This document shows positions 9,899 to 19,253 of a stretch of DNA of 37,542 bases, piece by piece (within the stretch, counting starts at the first letter, position 1; the number at the start of each line of letters is the position of its first letter). Source of the stretch: a virus (lineage: Duplodnaviria > Caudoviricetes); IMG/VR virus record IMGVR_UViG_3300020460_000027, positions 1-37,542 of that record. One strand, 5' to 3'. A program made the translations under genes and the position numbers. The notes below the pieces were generated by a model that worked only from the letters and a program-made list of their open reading frames with translations, was not told where the DNA came from and searched no databases.

Positions 9899-10587
9899 GC
9901 GATTTAAATGACATAATGCAAGAGTTTGGGATTAGTCCTTTGAGCGTTCCTGAAAAAGATGTTCCTAGTCCTTTTGAAACATACGTAAGGTATAACGATC
10001 CTGATGCTGTGATTATTCCTGCTAGTGAAAGACCAGAAGCTCTTAAAGGGGCTATGGCTGGTACAGAACAAATAGGTGATTTAACTGTTGGTGATATTTA
10101 CCAACAATATTTTGATATGTCAGAAGATCAACGAAAATCTTTACATGAAAGATTGTTTGTAAGTGGTTTTTATTCTAAGTCCACTAAAACTGAAGACATT
10201 CATAATAAAGGACAGGCTGAAAATGCGTTTGTTTCAGCAGTTAATTTTTATGCGGCTCAAGGGATAAATCCTCTTTCACAAGAAGCTTTACCTACAAGAC
10301 CCATAGAAGTTGAATTAGAGGAAGAACCTGTTACACGGAGAGCTACTGAAGATCAGATTTCTACTTATGCTGACAGTGCTGCTAAAAACATTTTTGGTAG
10401 GGCTGCTTCTGATTCTGAAAAAGAATTAGCTGTGTCTATTTTTCGTAAGTTAGAGGATGATGAAGCAAGTTCTCCTGGTATGGGTGATTTAACAGAAGGG
10501 TTTAAAGCAGCTTCTCCAGAAGAAGCAGCTAATCGTCGTATGGCTAAAACATTGAATATGTTTCAAAAGATAGTTGCAGGTGCTTAA
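9895..10587 (+). CDS. Hypothetical virion protein
   Basis: 230 aa, ATGA overlap with the upstream gene. Confidence 0.65.
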   Translation: MSDLNDIMQEFGISPLSVPEKDVPSPFETYVRYNDPDAVIIPASERPEALKGAMAGTEQIGDLTVGDIYQQYFDMSEDQRKSLHERLFVSGFYSKSTKTEDIHNKGQAENAFVSAVNFYAAQGINPLSQEALPTRPIEVELEEEPVTRRATEDQISTYADSAAKNIFGRAASDSEKELAVSIFRKLEDDEASSPGMGDLTEGFKAASPEEAANRRMAKTLNMFQKIVAGA

Positions 10588-10589
10588 AT

Positions 10590-12455
10590 ATGAATGAAGC
10601 AATACAAATAGCAGTTGATGATGAGCGCCAGCGTTTAGAAAAAATTATTGAAGAAGCTGAAAAAAAACTTGTTCAAGCTAAAGATAATTTAGAAACTCAA
10701 CGTGGTCGTAATCGAGCTAGATATGACCAGAACGCCAAGATTGAAGCTATTGAAGAAATGGCTTCTATCGAAGTGGCTGATCTTGGCACTTCAACAAAAT
10801 TAAACAGTCTTACGGATAAACCTTCTCTTGATGTATTAGCAAGGTTGGAATTTTTGTTAACGGCAGCAGGGTATCCAATTCGTCAATCTGAAGAATCCCA
10901 AGAGTTGCTATCTTATAACCCAACTACAGATTCATCAGCTAGCAGTTTAGAAGTTGCTATCGCTGGGGGGTTAACTGTTGGCGGTTTAATTGAATGGATT
11001 GAAGACAACCGCCCTAAAGTTGGTCAACCTAAACAAGAAGCTCAGAAAGCTGTTGCTATAGCACAACAAGAATTAAAAAAAGCTGAAGACACTTTGGAAG
11101 CATTTGGTAACACAGATGAAGAACAGACAGCTTGGGTTCGTGATAAAGGATTAGTTACAGAAGACCAACTGCCTAGAAGTGAAAGAAAAGAATTTAGAGA
11201 GGCTTTACCAAATCCTTTAGTTGGTGAAAAACCAGAAATATCAGTAAGTGTTTTTACACCTCCAAAAGAAGTTGAAGTTCCTGAAATAATAGAGATTGAT
11301 ACCGCTGATTGGCCCACAAAAGCGATCGAAACTGAGATAAGTGAACTAGAGGAATCCCCCACCCTTGAGACAGGGACAGCTATTAAAACAAAAGAAAAAA
11401 ATATTATCACCGCTGGAGGAACAGAATTGGAAGATCCAGACCCTGCGTCATTGGGACAAGGGTTAGGAAAAATAGATTGGAAAGCTCTTGAATCTAAAGA
11501 CTGGTATAAAGGAATGTTTGGTGTGCCTGCTATACAGCAAGATGGTTCAGCAGAAATAAACATGACAGAGCCAGACGAAGTGATGAAACAGGTTCTTGGT
11601 TATGGAGGAAGATTTCTTACAACTGATTCTAATGATCCTTTGTTTGAGGTAGCTGAAATACTTCGCAAAGCTGCTGTTGAAGAATGGGATGAACTTACAC
11701 TTAAAGAAGCTTTGTTCCCTACTACTTGGTGGCAAAATACTGCTCCTAGAGCTAGAAATTTGCAAAAAACAGAATCGGTTGATCCAGCTAAAGCAAAAGC
11801 TTTATTAGCTCCTGCTTTGGAAAATGTTACAGAAACAGCAAATCAAATAGGCATAACATTAACCACAGAAAGAGCTTCACAAATTGCTAGAAGTTATTAC
11901 ATAGAAGAATGGGATGGTCCTCGTCTTCAAAACTATTTATTCATGGAAGCAGATTGGGATGTTGGCAAAGCAGGAGGGGTTGTTCAAGACAACTATAGAG
12001 TTGTGGATATTTTGTCAAATGATTACATGGTTGGGCATTTAATAGATCCTTCCATACGAGACACGTATGCTAAGAGACTTGCTACAGGTGAAGAAACAGA
12101 AGCAGGTTTAAGAGCAGAGTTCAGTAGAATGGCTGGTTCAGCATACGGTTTGATAGAAGATAGGCTTAATCAAGGGTATTCAACTCAAGAAATAATGGCT
12201 CCTTATCGTATGGAAATAGCCAGACAATTAGACATTCTTGATAGTAATAGTATTGATTTTGTTAATGATGAAAAATATATGCCGTTTTTAACTGGTGTAG
12301 GTGAAGGTGCTGGAATGATGACCATTGGGGCTGTAGGAGAATACATAAGAAAAAGTCCAAAATTACGACCTTTATGGGAAAGAACAGATTCAGCTAAAAG
12401 AAATGCTCGTTCATTTGCAGACTTTGTTACTCAGAAATTCGGAGGGTTAGGTTAA
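10590..12455 (+). CDS. Hypothetical virion protein (N-terminal coiled coil, acidic linker)
   Basis: 621 aa ORF in structural operon. Confidence 0.65.
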   Translation: MNEAIQIAVDDERQRLEKIIEEAEKKLVQAKDNLETQRGRNRARYDQNAKIEAIEEMASIEVADLGTSTKLNSLTDKPSLDVLARLEFLLTAAGYPIRQSEESQELLSYNPTTDSSASSLEVAIAGGLTVGGLIEWIEDNRPKVGQPKQEAQKAVAIAQQELKKAEDTLEAFGNTDEEQTAWVRDKGLVTEDQLPRSERKEFREALPNPLVGEKPEISVSVFTPPKEVEVPEIIEIDTADWPTKAIETEISELEESPTLETGTAIKTKEKNIITAGGTELEDPDPASLGQGLGKIDWKALESKDWYKGMFGVPAIQQDGSAEINMTEPDEVMKQVLGYGGRFLTTDSNDPLFEVAEILRKAAVEEWDELTLKEALFPTTWWQNTAPRARNLQKTESVDPAKAKALLAPALENVTETANQIGITLTTERASQIARSYYIEEWDGPRLQNYLFMEADWDVGKAGGVVQDNYRVVDILSNDYMVGHLIDPSIRDTYAKRLATGEETEAGLRAEFSRMAGSAYGLIEDRLNQGYSTQEIMAPYRMEIARQLDILDSNSIDFVNDEKYMPFLTGVGEGAGMMTIGAVGEYIRKSPKLRPLWERTDSAKRNARSFADFVTQKFGGLG

Positions 12456-14110
12456 TGGCATCAGATAATGAAATAACTTTTCAACCTATTTTTAAAGGAC
12501 AAAAAACCAACAACCCTGAAGAAATAGCTCGTTTAGCTTCTGAAGGGGCAGAGTATGACCATGACTTTTTAAGAAGTCGTGGCGGCAGTTGGCGAGATCC
12601 TTTTACTGGGGTGCAGATAGGACAAGCTGTTGATTGGACTGGCGTGTCTCAAATGGCAACAGTTGGAGCAGGTGGGCAACTTACAACAAGTCCCAATGTT
12701 CCTTTTGGTCATGTGATTGATCCAACTACAGGAGAATCTACAGGCACTTATCTTTCATGGGACAATGAAGGCAACAGGCTTGGTGACGTTATGGTTGCTG
12801 GTGATATTGTTAGTCCAGCTAAGGGAATGTCTGAAGAAGAGCTTTTAGATATTGCTGGTCGAGTGGCTATTGTTAATACTTTTCAGCAGGACCGTGTTGC
12901 TTTGATAGAGCAGTATGGTGATTACTTTTTAGAAGAAGTAGGCACAGATATTGTAGGTGGGTCTGTTAGTAAACTTGACGAGTTGCGTTTCAACTCTAGA
13001 GGCTATGATTTGTTGACAGGTGGGGTTCCTTCTTCTTACAGGGATGAAGATTATGTGTCTGTTGATGATGATGCGATGGCAGCAGTAGCAGGTAATTCAA
13101 TGTCTTTAGCAATGATGAAATCCAACCTTGAAGTTTATGGAACTTTAGTCGGTCCTTATGATGCACAATATCGTGAAGCGGCTGGAATGGTTACTTCTCA
13201 AAGTGCTGTAGGTTCAAGTGCTGTTGACATGGGAGCAAATGAATCAAGTGGAACGCCTGAGCAAACTTTTAGTCCTAATGAAACAGCCACAGGTATCCTT
13301 AGAAACACATTAAAAAATTATGGGTTAGAAAGTTTATTGAATGACAGTGCTTTAGATTTAGAAAATCTTTATGTTTCTCTTGATGACATGGATGCAGTAT
13401 GGGCAGCAGTAAGACAAAGTGCCACATACGCTACTCGTTTCCCAGGTATGGCAGGTTTATCAGCATTAGGTCGTGCGATTACTGAAGCTGAATACATTAC
13501 TTTAGAGACTTCTTACGCACAAACATTAAATGCGTATGGTATGCCTAAAACTTTTTATGATGGTCCAGAAGATTTTGGAAGTTTAATTGCTGGGGATGTT
13601 TCTCCTTCAGAGTTTGCTCAACGAGTTCAAACTGCATACGAAGCACAAAAATTAACCAGTCCAGAAGTTCGTACTGCTTTAACCGACTATTATCAAATTA
13701 CAGACGGTGATTTAACTGCCTATTATTTAGATCCGGAGAGAGCCACAAATATCTTTGAAGAACGTGAAAGATTAGGAACAGCCAAATTTAGTGCGATTGC
13801 TACCGAGTATGGTTCTCCTATCACACAACAAACCGCAGAAGCCTTACAGGAAGCTGGGTTTACTGAGACTCAAGCTCGTCGGGGATTCCAAAAAATAGCG
13901 CAGTCCACATTAGATGAAGAAACTGTTAGTGAACAGCTTCAAGGCGATGACATAACTTTTGACGACCTTACACAAGCAGAGTTCAACCTTGATCCGGAAG
14001 CTGCTCGTAGGTCAGAACAACGTCGTCAAAGACGATTAGCTGAGTTCAGCCAAACTGGTGGTCCTTTATTAACTCAAGGTGGTTATACAGGCTTGGGTTC
14101 AGCTAGGTAA
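12455..14110 (+). CDS. Hypothetical virion protein (putative internal/ejection protein)
   Basis: 551 aa, TAATG overlap; C-terminal RRQRRLAEF...GG motif. Confidence 0.6.
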   Translation: MASDNEITFQPIFKGQKTNNPEEIARLASEGAEYDHDFLRSRGGSWRDPFTGVQIGQAVDWTGVSQMATVGAGGQLTTSPNVPFGHVIDPTTGESTGTYLSWDNEGNRLGDVMVAGDIVSPAKGMSEEELLDIAGRVAIVNTFQQDRVALIEQYGDYFLEEVGTDIVGGSVSKLDELRFNSRGYDLLTGGVPSSYRDEDYVSVDDDAMAAVAGNSMSLAMMKSNLEVYGTLVGPYDAQYREAAGMVTSQSAVGSSAVDMGANESSGTPEQTFSPNETATGILRNTLKNYGLESLLNDSALDLENLYVSLDDMDAVWAAVRQSATYATRFPGMAGLSALGRAITEAEYITLETSYAQTLNAYGMPKTFYDGPEDFGSLIAGDVSPSEFAQRVQTAYEAQKLTSPEVRTALTDYYQITDGDLTAYYLDPERATNIFEERERLGTAKFSAIATEYGSPITQQTAEALQEAGFTETQARRGFQKIAQSTLDEETVSEQLQGDDITFDDLTQAEFNLDPEAARRSEQRRQRRLAEFSQTGGPLLTQGGYTGLGSAR

Positions 14111-14551
14111 CTTCGTAGTCCCTTTTCTAGCAGTAACAAATTCGTCAGCAAGCACAGTTTTAAAACCTAAATCGTGAATAAAAATTTTCACGTAGTTGTC
14201 TTCATAGCACTCAACTACAAATCCTACTGAGCGTTTAGTCCCAGCTTTACGTTTAAGTTGCACACGTATATTAGTTCCAGCTTTTAAAATTCGTTGACCT
14301 TCACGGCGTATCTCTTTGACAGTTGCACGTTCTTCTGTAGTTTTAGTTACCCAATTAGACATACATAGATTAAGATTATGTCGGATAGCTTCTTCGGTTG
14401 TTAAACGCTTCCCGTTTAGAACATAAGTTGTCCCAGCAGCTATAGATTTAGCTAAAGTGCAAAACCCACAAATATAATTTCCATATTTAGTTTTTCTTAA
14501 ACATGGAGGGTTATTTAATTCAGGGAATTTAGATAACACATTCTCATTCAT
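14099..14551 (-). CDS. Basic hypothetical protein inserted in opposite orientation; Cys cluster and possible SH3/KOW-like C-terminus
   Basis: ATG at 14551 preceded by ACGATTGGAGAA; C-x10-CxxC near the N-terminus. Confidence 0.75.
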   Translation of the reverse strand: MNENVLSKFPELNNPPCLRKTKYGNYICGFCTLAKSIAAGTTYVLNGKRLTTEEAIRHNLNLCMSNWVTKTTEERATVKEIRREGQRILKAGTNIRVQLKRKAGTKRSVGFVVECYEDNYVKIFIHDLGFKTVLADEFVTARKGTTKLPS

Positions 14552-14582
14552 TCTTCGATTCTCCAATCGTTGTTGTATAACT

Positions 14583-14591
14583 ATTGTATCA
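14583..14591 (-). promoter_or_regulatory. Extended -10 promoter candidate (TGA-TACAAT) for the inverted gene
   Basis: TGn TAnnnT on - strand, about 12 nt upstream of the ACGATTGGAG motif. Confidence 0.5.
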
Positions 14592-14624
14592 CCTTTGTCT
14601 AATTGGGCGGTGGATGCAAATGTA

Positions 14625-14653
14625 TTACATAAGTGTAATTATTCTGCTACACT
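14625..14653 (+). promoter_or_regulatory. Sigma70-type promoter candidate for scaffold/capsid operon
   Basis: TTACAT-17 nt-TACACT with TG extension. Confidence 0.55.
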
Positions 14654-14714
14654 CAATAATGACTAAATAAACCAGGTGCTTTTTTGAAAGTGAAAAAAAA
14701 GACTGGAAATTATT

Positions 14715-14780
14715 TATGTCACCGCCATTGGCTCTACCTCCTGAGTCAATGTGAAATGGGAGAGGAGCGAGACATAGATG
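14715..14780 (+). promoter_or_regulatory. Structured leader of scaffold gene with anti-SD loop
   Basis: Stem CATTGGCTC/GAGTCAATG with loop TACCTCCT complementary to SD AGGAG (14763-14767); outer helix TATGTC/GACATA. Confidence 0.55.
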
Positions 14781-15287
14781 GCTGAGGCAAATGATACTGA
14801 AGCAATCGAATTAGATGAAAACGGAGAACCGAAACGTAACTTTCGGAGAGTTCTTGAAGATAGAGCCGCTGATGCTGAAGCTCAAGTAGCTGAACTTCAG
14901 GCAAAACTACAAGGACTTGAAAGAGCAGAAGCGTTTCGTTCAGCAGGGATTGACCCTAATGACAATCGACAATCGTATTTTGTTAAAGGATACGATGGAG
15001 AGATTGATGCAGAGTCAATTCGTGTAGCAGCAATGGAAGCTGGGTTTCTTGAAGAAATTCAAAATACCGAGCAAATTGCTCCGCAAGGAAGTGAGGTTCT
15101 CGAACCAGAGACCACAACTACACTTCATACGGAATTAGCTGCACAACAAAGAATTGCTGAAGCTAGTGTTCAAGGGCAACCAGTTGTTCCACCGGATTTA
15201 AATGAACAAATCCGTGCGACAACGAACGAACAAGAGTTGAAAACCCTGCTACGTTCTCAAGGATTCGAGGTCGATGTTCAAGGTTGA
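14778..15287 (+). CDS. Capsid scaffolding protein
   Basis: Acidic coiled-coil protein immediately upstream of major capsid gene; strong SD. Confidence 0.75.
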   Translation: MAEANDTEAIELDENGEPKRNFRRVLEDRAADAEAQVAELQAKLQGLERAEAFRSAGIDPNDNRQSYFVKGYDGEIDAESIRVAAMEAGFLEEIQNTEQIAPQGSEVLEPETTTTLHTELAAQQRIAEASVQGQPVVPPDLNEQIRATTNEQELKTLLRSQGFEVDVQG

Positions 15288-15321
15288 TTAGCCTCTCGTT
15301 CCTAAAAGGATTTAATTAAAA

Positions 15322-16251
15322 ATGGCTTATACACAAAAATCAAGTGTGTCGTCAGATCAAGTAGCATTTGAGCAACTCGCTCATTTCGCTCTGCGTAAGC
15401 AAGTTCTTCACGAAGAGTATGCAACCGTTAAAGCAACAAAGCAGTCCCATAATGGTTCTGGTGTTACTTTCACGATTTACAATAATCTCGCTCAAGCAAC
15501 TTCAGCTTTAACAGAGACTTCTGATGTCACAGCAGTCGCTCTAGGCGACAGCACCGTAACGGTGTCATTGGCTGAATACGGCAACGCAGTTGTAACAACT
15601 GCTGCGCTTCGTGGGCAGTCTTTCTTTAACGTAGATTCAGATGCAGCTAACATCGTTGGCTTTAACGCTGCTGATTCTATGGATCAGGTAGTGGCTGATG
15701 TTCTATACGCTGGCACTAACGTCACGCACATTTCGCAGTCGTCAAGAGGCGCGCTTGTAGCGGGCAACGTAATCACTTCTGACAGTGTTCGTGAAGAGGT
15801 AGCTGGACTTCGTTCGGCCGCAGTTCCAACATTTGATGGAAATGCTTACATCGGGTTTATTCACCCAGACGTAGCTTACGATTTCATTAAAGGCACAGCC
15901 GTTACTGATCTTCGTAGCTTCCAAATACGTCAAGACGCAGATGGAGTCCGTAAGGGTTCTATTGGTATGTTCGATGGAGTTGACTTCATTGAAACACCAC
16001 GCGCTTTGCTCGTAGCTGATGGAGGTAACTCCACTGTTGATGCTTACGGCACAGTAATTATTGGACAGCAAGCAATAGCAAAGGGTTACTCGACCATGTT
16101 CGGTCCTGATCCTTCTGTTGTGTTCGGTCCTGTTACCGACAGCTTGCGTCGTTTCCAGCCTGTAGGTTGGTACACAATGTGCGGTTATGCCCGCTTCCGT
16201 GAAGCAGCGATTCGTCGTATCGAATCAGCTTCAAGTATCGGAGCTAACTAA
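15322..16251 (+). CDS. Major capsid protein (N4 gp56-like family)
   Basis: 309 aa; LAEYGN, YIGFIHPDVAYD, GSIGMFDGVDFIET and DSLRRFQPVGW motifs typical of this HK97-fold family. Confidence 0.88.
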   Translation: MAYTQKSSVSSDQVAFEQLAHFALRKQVLHEEYATVKATKQSHNGSGVTFTIYNNLAQATSALTETSDVTAVALGDSTVTVSLAEYGNAVVTTAALRGQSFFNVDSDAANIVGFNAADSMDQVVADVLYAGTNVTHISQSSRGALVAGNVITSDSVREEVAGLRSAAVPTFDGNAYIGFIHPDVAYDFIKGTAVTDLRSFQIRQDADGVRKGSIGMFDGVDFIETPRALLVADGGNSTVDAYGTVIIGQQAIAKGYSTMFGPDPSVVFGPVTDSLRRFQPVGWYTMCGYARFREAAIRRIESASSIGAN

Positions 16252-16265
16252 CACACACGTTGGTT

Positions 16266-16300
16266 TTAGGGTCGGGAGTCGGCAAGCCTCTCGACCCTAA
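16266..16300 (+). terminator. Hairpin after major capsid gene (terminator or mRNA stabiliser)
   Basis: 13-bp stem TTAGGGTCGGGAG/CTCTCGACCCTAA with one G-U; no U-tail. Confidence 0.55.
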
Positions 16301-16327
16301 CCAGCAATTAGAGGTTAAGATAGAGTA

Positions 16328-16372
16328 ATGACTTACAAAGTAAAAAAACCTAAAAGACCGAGAGGTAGATAA
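16328..16372 (+). CDS. Putative 14-aa basic micropeptide MTYKVKKPKRPRGR
   Basis: ATG 16328; stop TAA directly abuts the next ATG at 16373. Confidence 0.45.
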   Translation: MTYKVKKPKRPRGR

Positions 16373-16555
16373 ATGGGAAAGTATTCTTCTGTTGGCATCC
16401 TTACTCAACGTGGAACCTCAAAGAAAACAAAAGTTCGTAGAGATTCCGATGGCTCTGTCGGAGGAATCCAAACTGAACACTGGAGTGGGCAAATTGATGC
16501 TACTGTATCTCCAGAGTCAGTTGAGATGAGAGTCCTCCAGGGAGGCGTGGAATAA
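16373..16555 (+). CDS. Hypothetical protein
   Basis: 60 aa; GAGGT SD; TAATG overlap downstream. Confidence 0.7.
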   Translation: MGKYSSVGILTQRGTSKKTKVRRDSDGSVGGIQTEHWSGQIDATVSPESVEMRVLQGGVE

Positions 16556-16998
16556 TGGCTGTTACAGCAAGTGGGATGTTTTGTCCCACATTTTTAGATA
16601 TTTTGGATGGCACACAGTTAGCGGTTAATACTGCTTCTGATTCATTCAAGTGTGCGATGATAACTAATTCATCCACACCAGACTTTGACACTCACGATCA
16701 TTGGTCGGATCTGTCAAGTAATGAAGTTTCCGGCACAAATTATACTGCCGGTGGCGTGGCTTTAGGTAGTGTCACGATGACGAGTGCTTCTGGTGCTTTG
16801 AAGTTTGATGCTGCTGATACGAGCTGGGCTACTTCTACTATTTCAAATGCGAGAGCTGCGGTCATTTATGACGACACTCTCTCTAATGATCCGTTGATTT
16901 GTCTAGTGAATTTCGGTTCAGATTATTCGAGTGCTAATGGTACTTTCCAAATCACTTGGAACGCTGCTGGTATTTGGACAATCGACTTAACACCGTAG
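16555..16998 (+). CDS. Virion structural protein (beta-rich)
   Basis: EVSGTNYTAGG...FDAADTSW...ARAAVIY motifs common in phage structural proteins; GGAGG SD. Confidence 0.7.
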   Translation: MAVTASGMFCPTFLDILDGTQLAVNTASDSFKCAMITNSSTPDFDTHDHWSDLSSNEVSGTNYTAGGVALGSVTMTSASGALKFDAADTSWATSTISNARAAVIYDDTLSNDPLICLVNFGSDYSSANGTFQITWNAAGIWTIDLTP

Positions 16999-17009
16999 GA
17001 GGTTTTTAA

Positions 17010-17777
17010 ATGGCAACTGCTTACCCAGGTGCGCTTGATGCAACTAATAACCAACTACGCACAGATATTGGTCCTACTGATGATTTGGATGCGTCAGGTA
17101 AAGAGCATGACGAACAACATGTGAATGTTAATGGTGCTGTAGTTGAACTTGAAACCAAGTTAGGTACTGGTGCTTCAACAGCTACTAGCGGTGCTGTCAT
17201 GATGGGTACTGGTTCCGGCACATCAGCCTGGGACACTTCACCCACTATTCTTGGCGCTCTTACTGTCGGTGCTGATGGTTCAGGACACGACGTAACTTTC
17301 CACTCAGACACGGCTGGTGACGCTATGGTTTGGGATTCCTCAGCGGAATCTTTGACAATAACGGGAACTAATGGTCAAACAGCGTTGGCGGTAGCTGACG
17401 GTAATGTCACTATGGCTGACGATCTTACTGTTACTGGTGCTGTGACTGCTGGTAGTCTTGTAGCTCCTCTTGCTATAAACGCTCAGACAGGAACTACCTA
17501 CACGTTTGTGGCCGCCGACGCTGGCAAGCTAGTAACTGCTAGTAACGGTTCCGCTCAGACTTATACTGTGCCTCCTAATTCTTCGGTTGCGTATGATACT
17601 GGGACTACGATTACCATTATTGGTATAGGTGCTGGTAAAGTAACTTTGGCTCAAGGGTCAGGAGTGACGATTAACAGTAAGGACTCTGAGAAGGCGATTG
17701 ATGGGCAACACGCTTCTGTTACGTTAATTAAGACAGCTACAGATACTTGGCAATTAGTCGGCGCTTTGCAGGCTTGA
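17010..17777 (+). CDS. Tail fibre/spike-like protein
   Basis: T/G/A-rich shaft; C-terminal INAQTGTTYT...DAGKLV...TDTWQLVG domain; AGGAGG SD. Confidence 0.7.
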   Translation: MATAYPGALDATNNQLRTDIGPTDDLDASGKEHDEQHVNVNGAVVELETKLGTGASTATSGAVMMGTGSGTSAWDTSPTILGALTVGADGSGHDVTFHSDTAGDAMVWDSSAESLTITGTNGQTALAVADGNVTMADDLTVTGAVTAGSLVAPLAINAQTGTTYTFVAADAGKLVTASNGSAQTYTVPPNSSVAYDTGTTITIIGIGAGKVTLAQGSGVTINSKDSEKAIDGQHASVTLIKTATDTWQLVGALQA

Positions 17778-17778
17778 T

Positions 17779-18747
17779 ATGTCTTTCATACAGGCTCTTA
17801 TAGGCTCGATAACAGGCGCAGGTGGGGGCGCTCCTCTTGACATAACTACTAGTGGTGGGACAAGAAACGTGGTGGGAATCTATTCGTATCACACGTGGAC
17901 TTCCAACGACAGTTTTACGCTTAACACAGCGGCAGATCGTGACATCGAATGGTGCATGATAGGCGGTGGTGGTTCAGCAGGGAAAAACAATCCATCCACC
18001 CAGCCTGGTGGAGGCGGTGGTGCTGGTGAGCGAGTTGCGGGTACTTATTCTTCCATGCCTGCTGGGACTTGGAACACACAAATTGGAGCAGGCGGGGCGG
18101 GTAATCCAGCAGGTAGCAATCCGACTCCTTGGTGGTACGGCAATATGGGCAGTATTTCAAAATCTCAACAAACTTCAGGAAGCGGTGGCGACACTATTAC
18201 AGCCAATGGCGGTGGTTATGGGGCAACGTACCCATATGCCGGCGGTTCAGGTGGTTGCGGCGGTGGGGGTAGCGGCGCTTATGGTACTAGTGGTGCTGGC
18301 GGAACCGTTAGCCATTATTCCGGCTCAAACCCTCCGTGGGCTACAAGCACAGGCTACGCAGGCGGTCAAGGCTCATATAATTCAAGTGGGTATGTCGCCG
18401 GCGGTGGCGGTGGTGGAATAGGAGGAACTGGTGGTTTGCCAAGCAATGTTTCTCCTTGGAATTTTTACGGTAGTCCACTAAATTCAGGGGCTGGTGGACC
18501 AGGAGCTACTCATCCGTTAACCACAGGAAGCAGTGTTATTGCAACGACTACTGGTGTTGGTGGTGCTGGAGGTGGTGGCAACGCTGCGGGAGCAACAGCA
18601 CCAAGCGGAGTAGCGGCAAGCAACTCAGGCGATAGTGCGGCGGCACCCGCTAATAGTGGTAGTGGTTCATCTAGCGGACACGAAAATTCCGATGTCGGTG
18701 CTGGCGGTTCAGGTTACATAATACTTAGATGGGTGACTTTAGTCTGA
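17779..18747 (+). CDS. Glycine-rich tail-associated protein
   Basis: IGGGG...GGGGGAG...GGSGYIILRW pattern typical of phage glycine-rich domains. Confidence 0.75.
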   Translation: MSFIQALIGSITGAGGGAPLDITTSGGTRNVVGIYSYHTWTSNDSFTLNTAADRDIEWCMIGGGGSAGKNNPSTQPGGGGGAGERVAGTYSSMPAGTWNTQIGAGGAGNPAGSNPTPWWYGNMGSISKSQQTSGSGGDTITANGGGYGATYPYAGGSGGCGGGGSGAYGTSGAGGTVSHYSGSNPPWATSTGYAGGQGSYNSSGYVAGGGGGGIGGTGGLPSNVSPWNFYGSPLNSGAGGPGATHPLTTGSSVIATTTGVGGAGGGGNAAGATAPSGVAASNSGDSAAAPANSGSGSSSGHENSDVGAGGSGYIILRWVTLV

Positions 18748-19253
18748 TGGCTCATTTTGCTCAAATAGATGAAAATAATGTTGTTGTTTGTGTAACGGTT
18801 GTACCTGACAGAGAAGAACATCGAGGACACGATTTTCTAAATGAAATTGGTATCGAAGGTACTTGGATTCAAACTTCTTACAACACACATTGCAACAAAC
18901 ACGATCATGGGAAAACGCCTTTACATGGAAATTATGCAGGCATCGGGTTTCATTGGTTACCAGATGAAGAAATTTTTGTTCTGCCGAAACCTCATCCTTC
19001 ATGGATTTTGAACACAGAAACAGCAACGTGGGACCCTCCAGTAGCTTACGATAAAACAAAACACGAAGGTTATTGGTGGGATGAAGATGTTAAAAATTGG
19101 GTGAAACCACCTAAGCCACATCCTAATTGGATTTGGTCTGATGATATGTTTGAGGATTTTGCTGGTTGGGTACCGCCTGTAGAAGCACCCGCTGATGATG
19201 GTGAAACTGAATATGAATGGGATGAAGACTCGCAGACTTGGGTTGTGGTGTGA
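18747..19253 (+). CDS. Hypothetical Trp/Pro-rich protein (partner of glycine-rich fibre)
   Basis: MAHFAQIDENNVV...WIQTSYN...NYAGIG...PKPHPSW; repeated PxPHPxW and WDE units; TGATG overlap. Confidence 0.75.
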   Translation: MAHFAQIDENNVVVCVTVVPDREEHRGHDFLNEIGIEGTWIQTSYNTHCNKHDHGKTPLHGNYAGIGFHWLPDEEIFVLPKPHPSWILNTETATWDPPVAYDKTKHEGYWWDEDVKNWVKPPKPHPNWIWSDDMFEDFAGWVPPVEAPADDGETEYEWDEDSQTWVVV

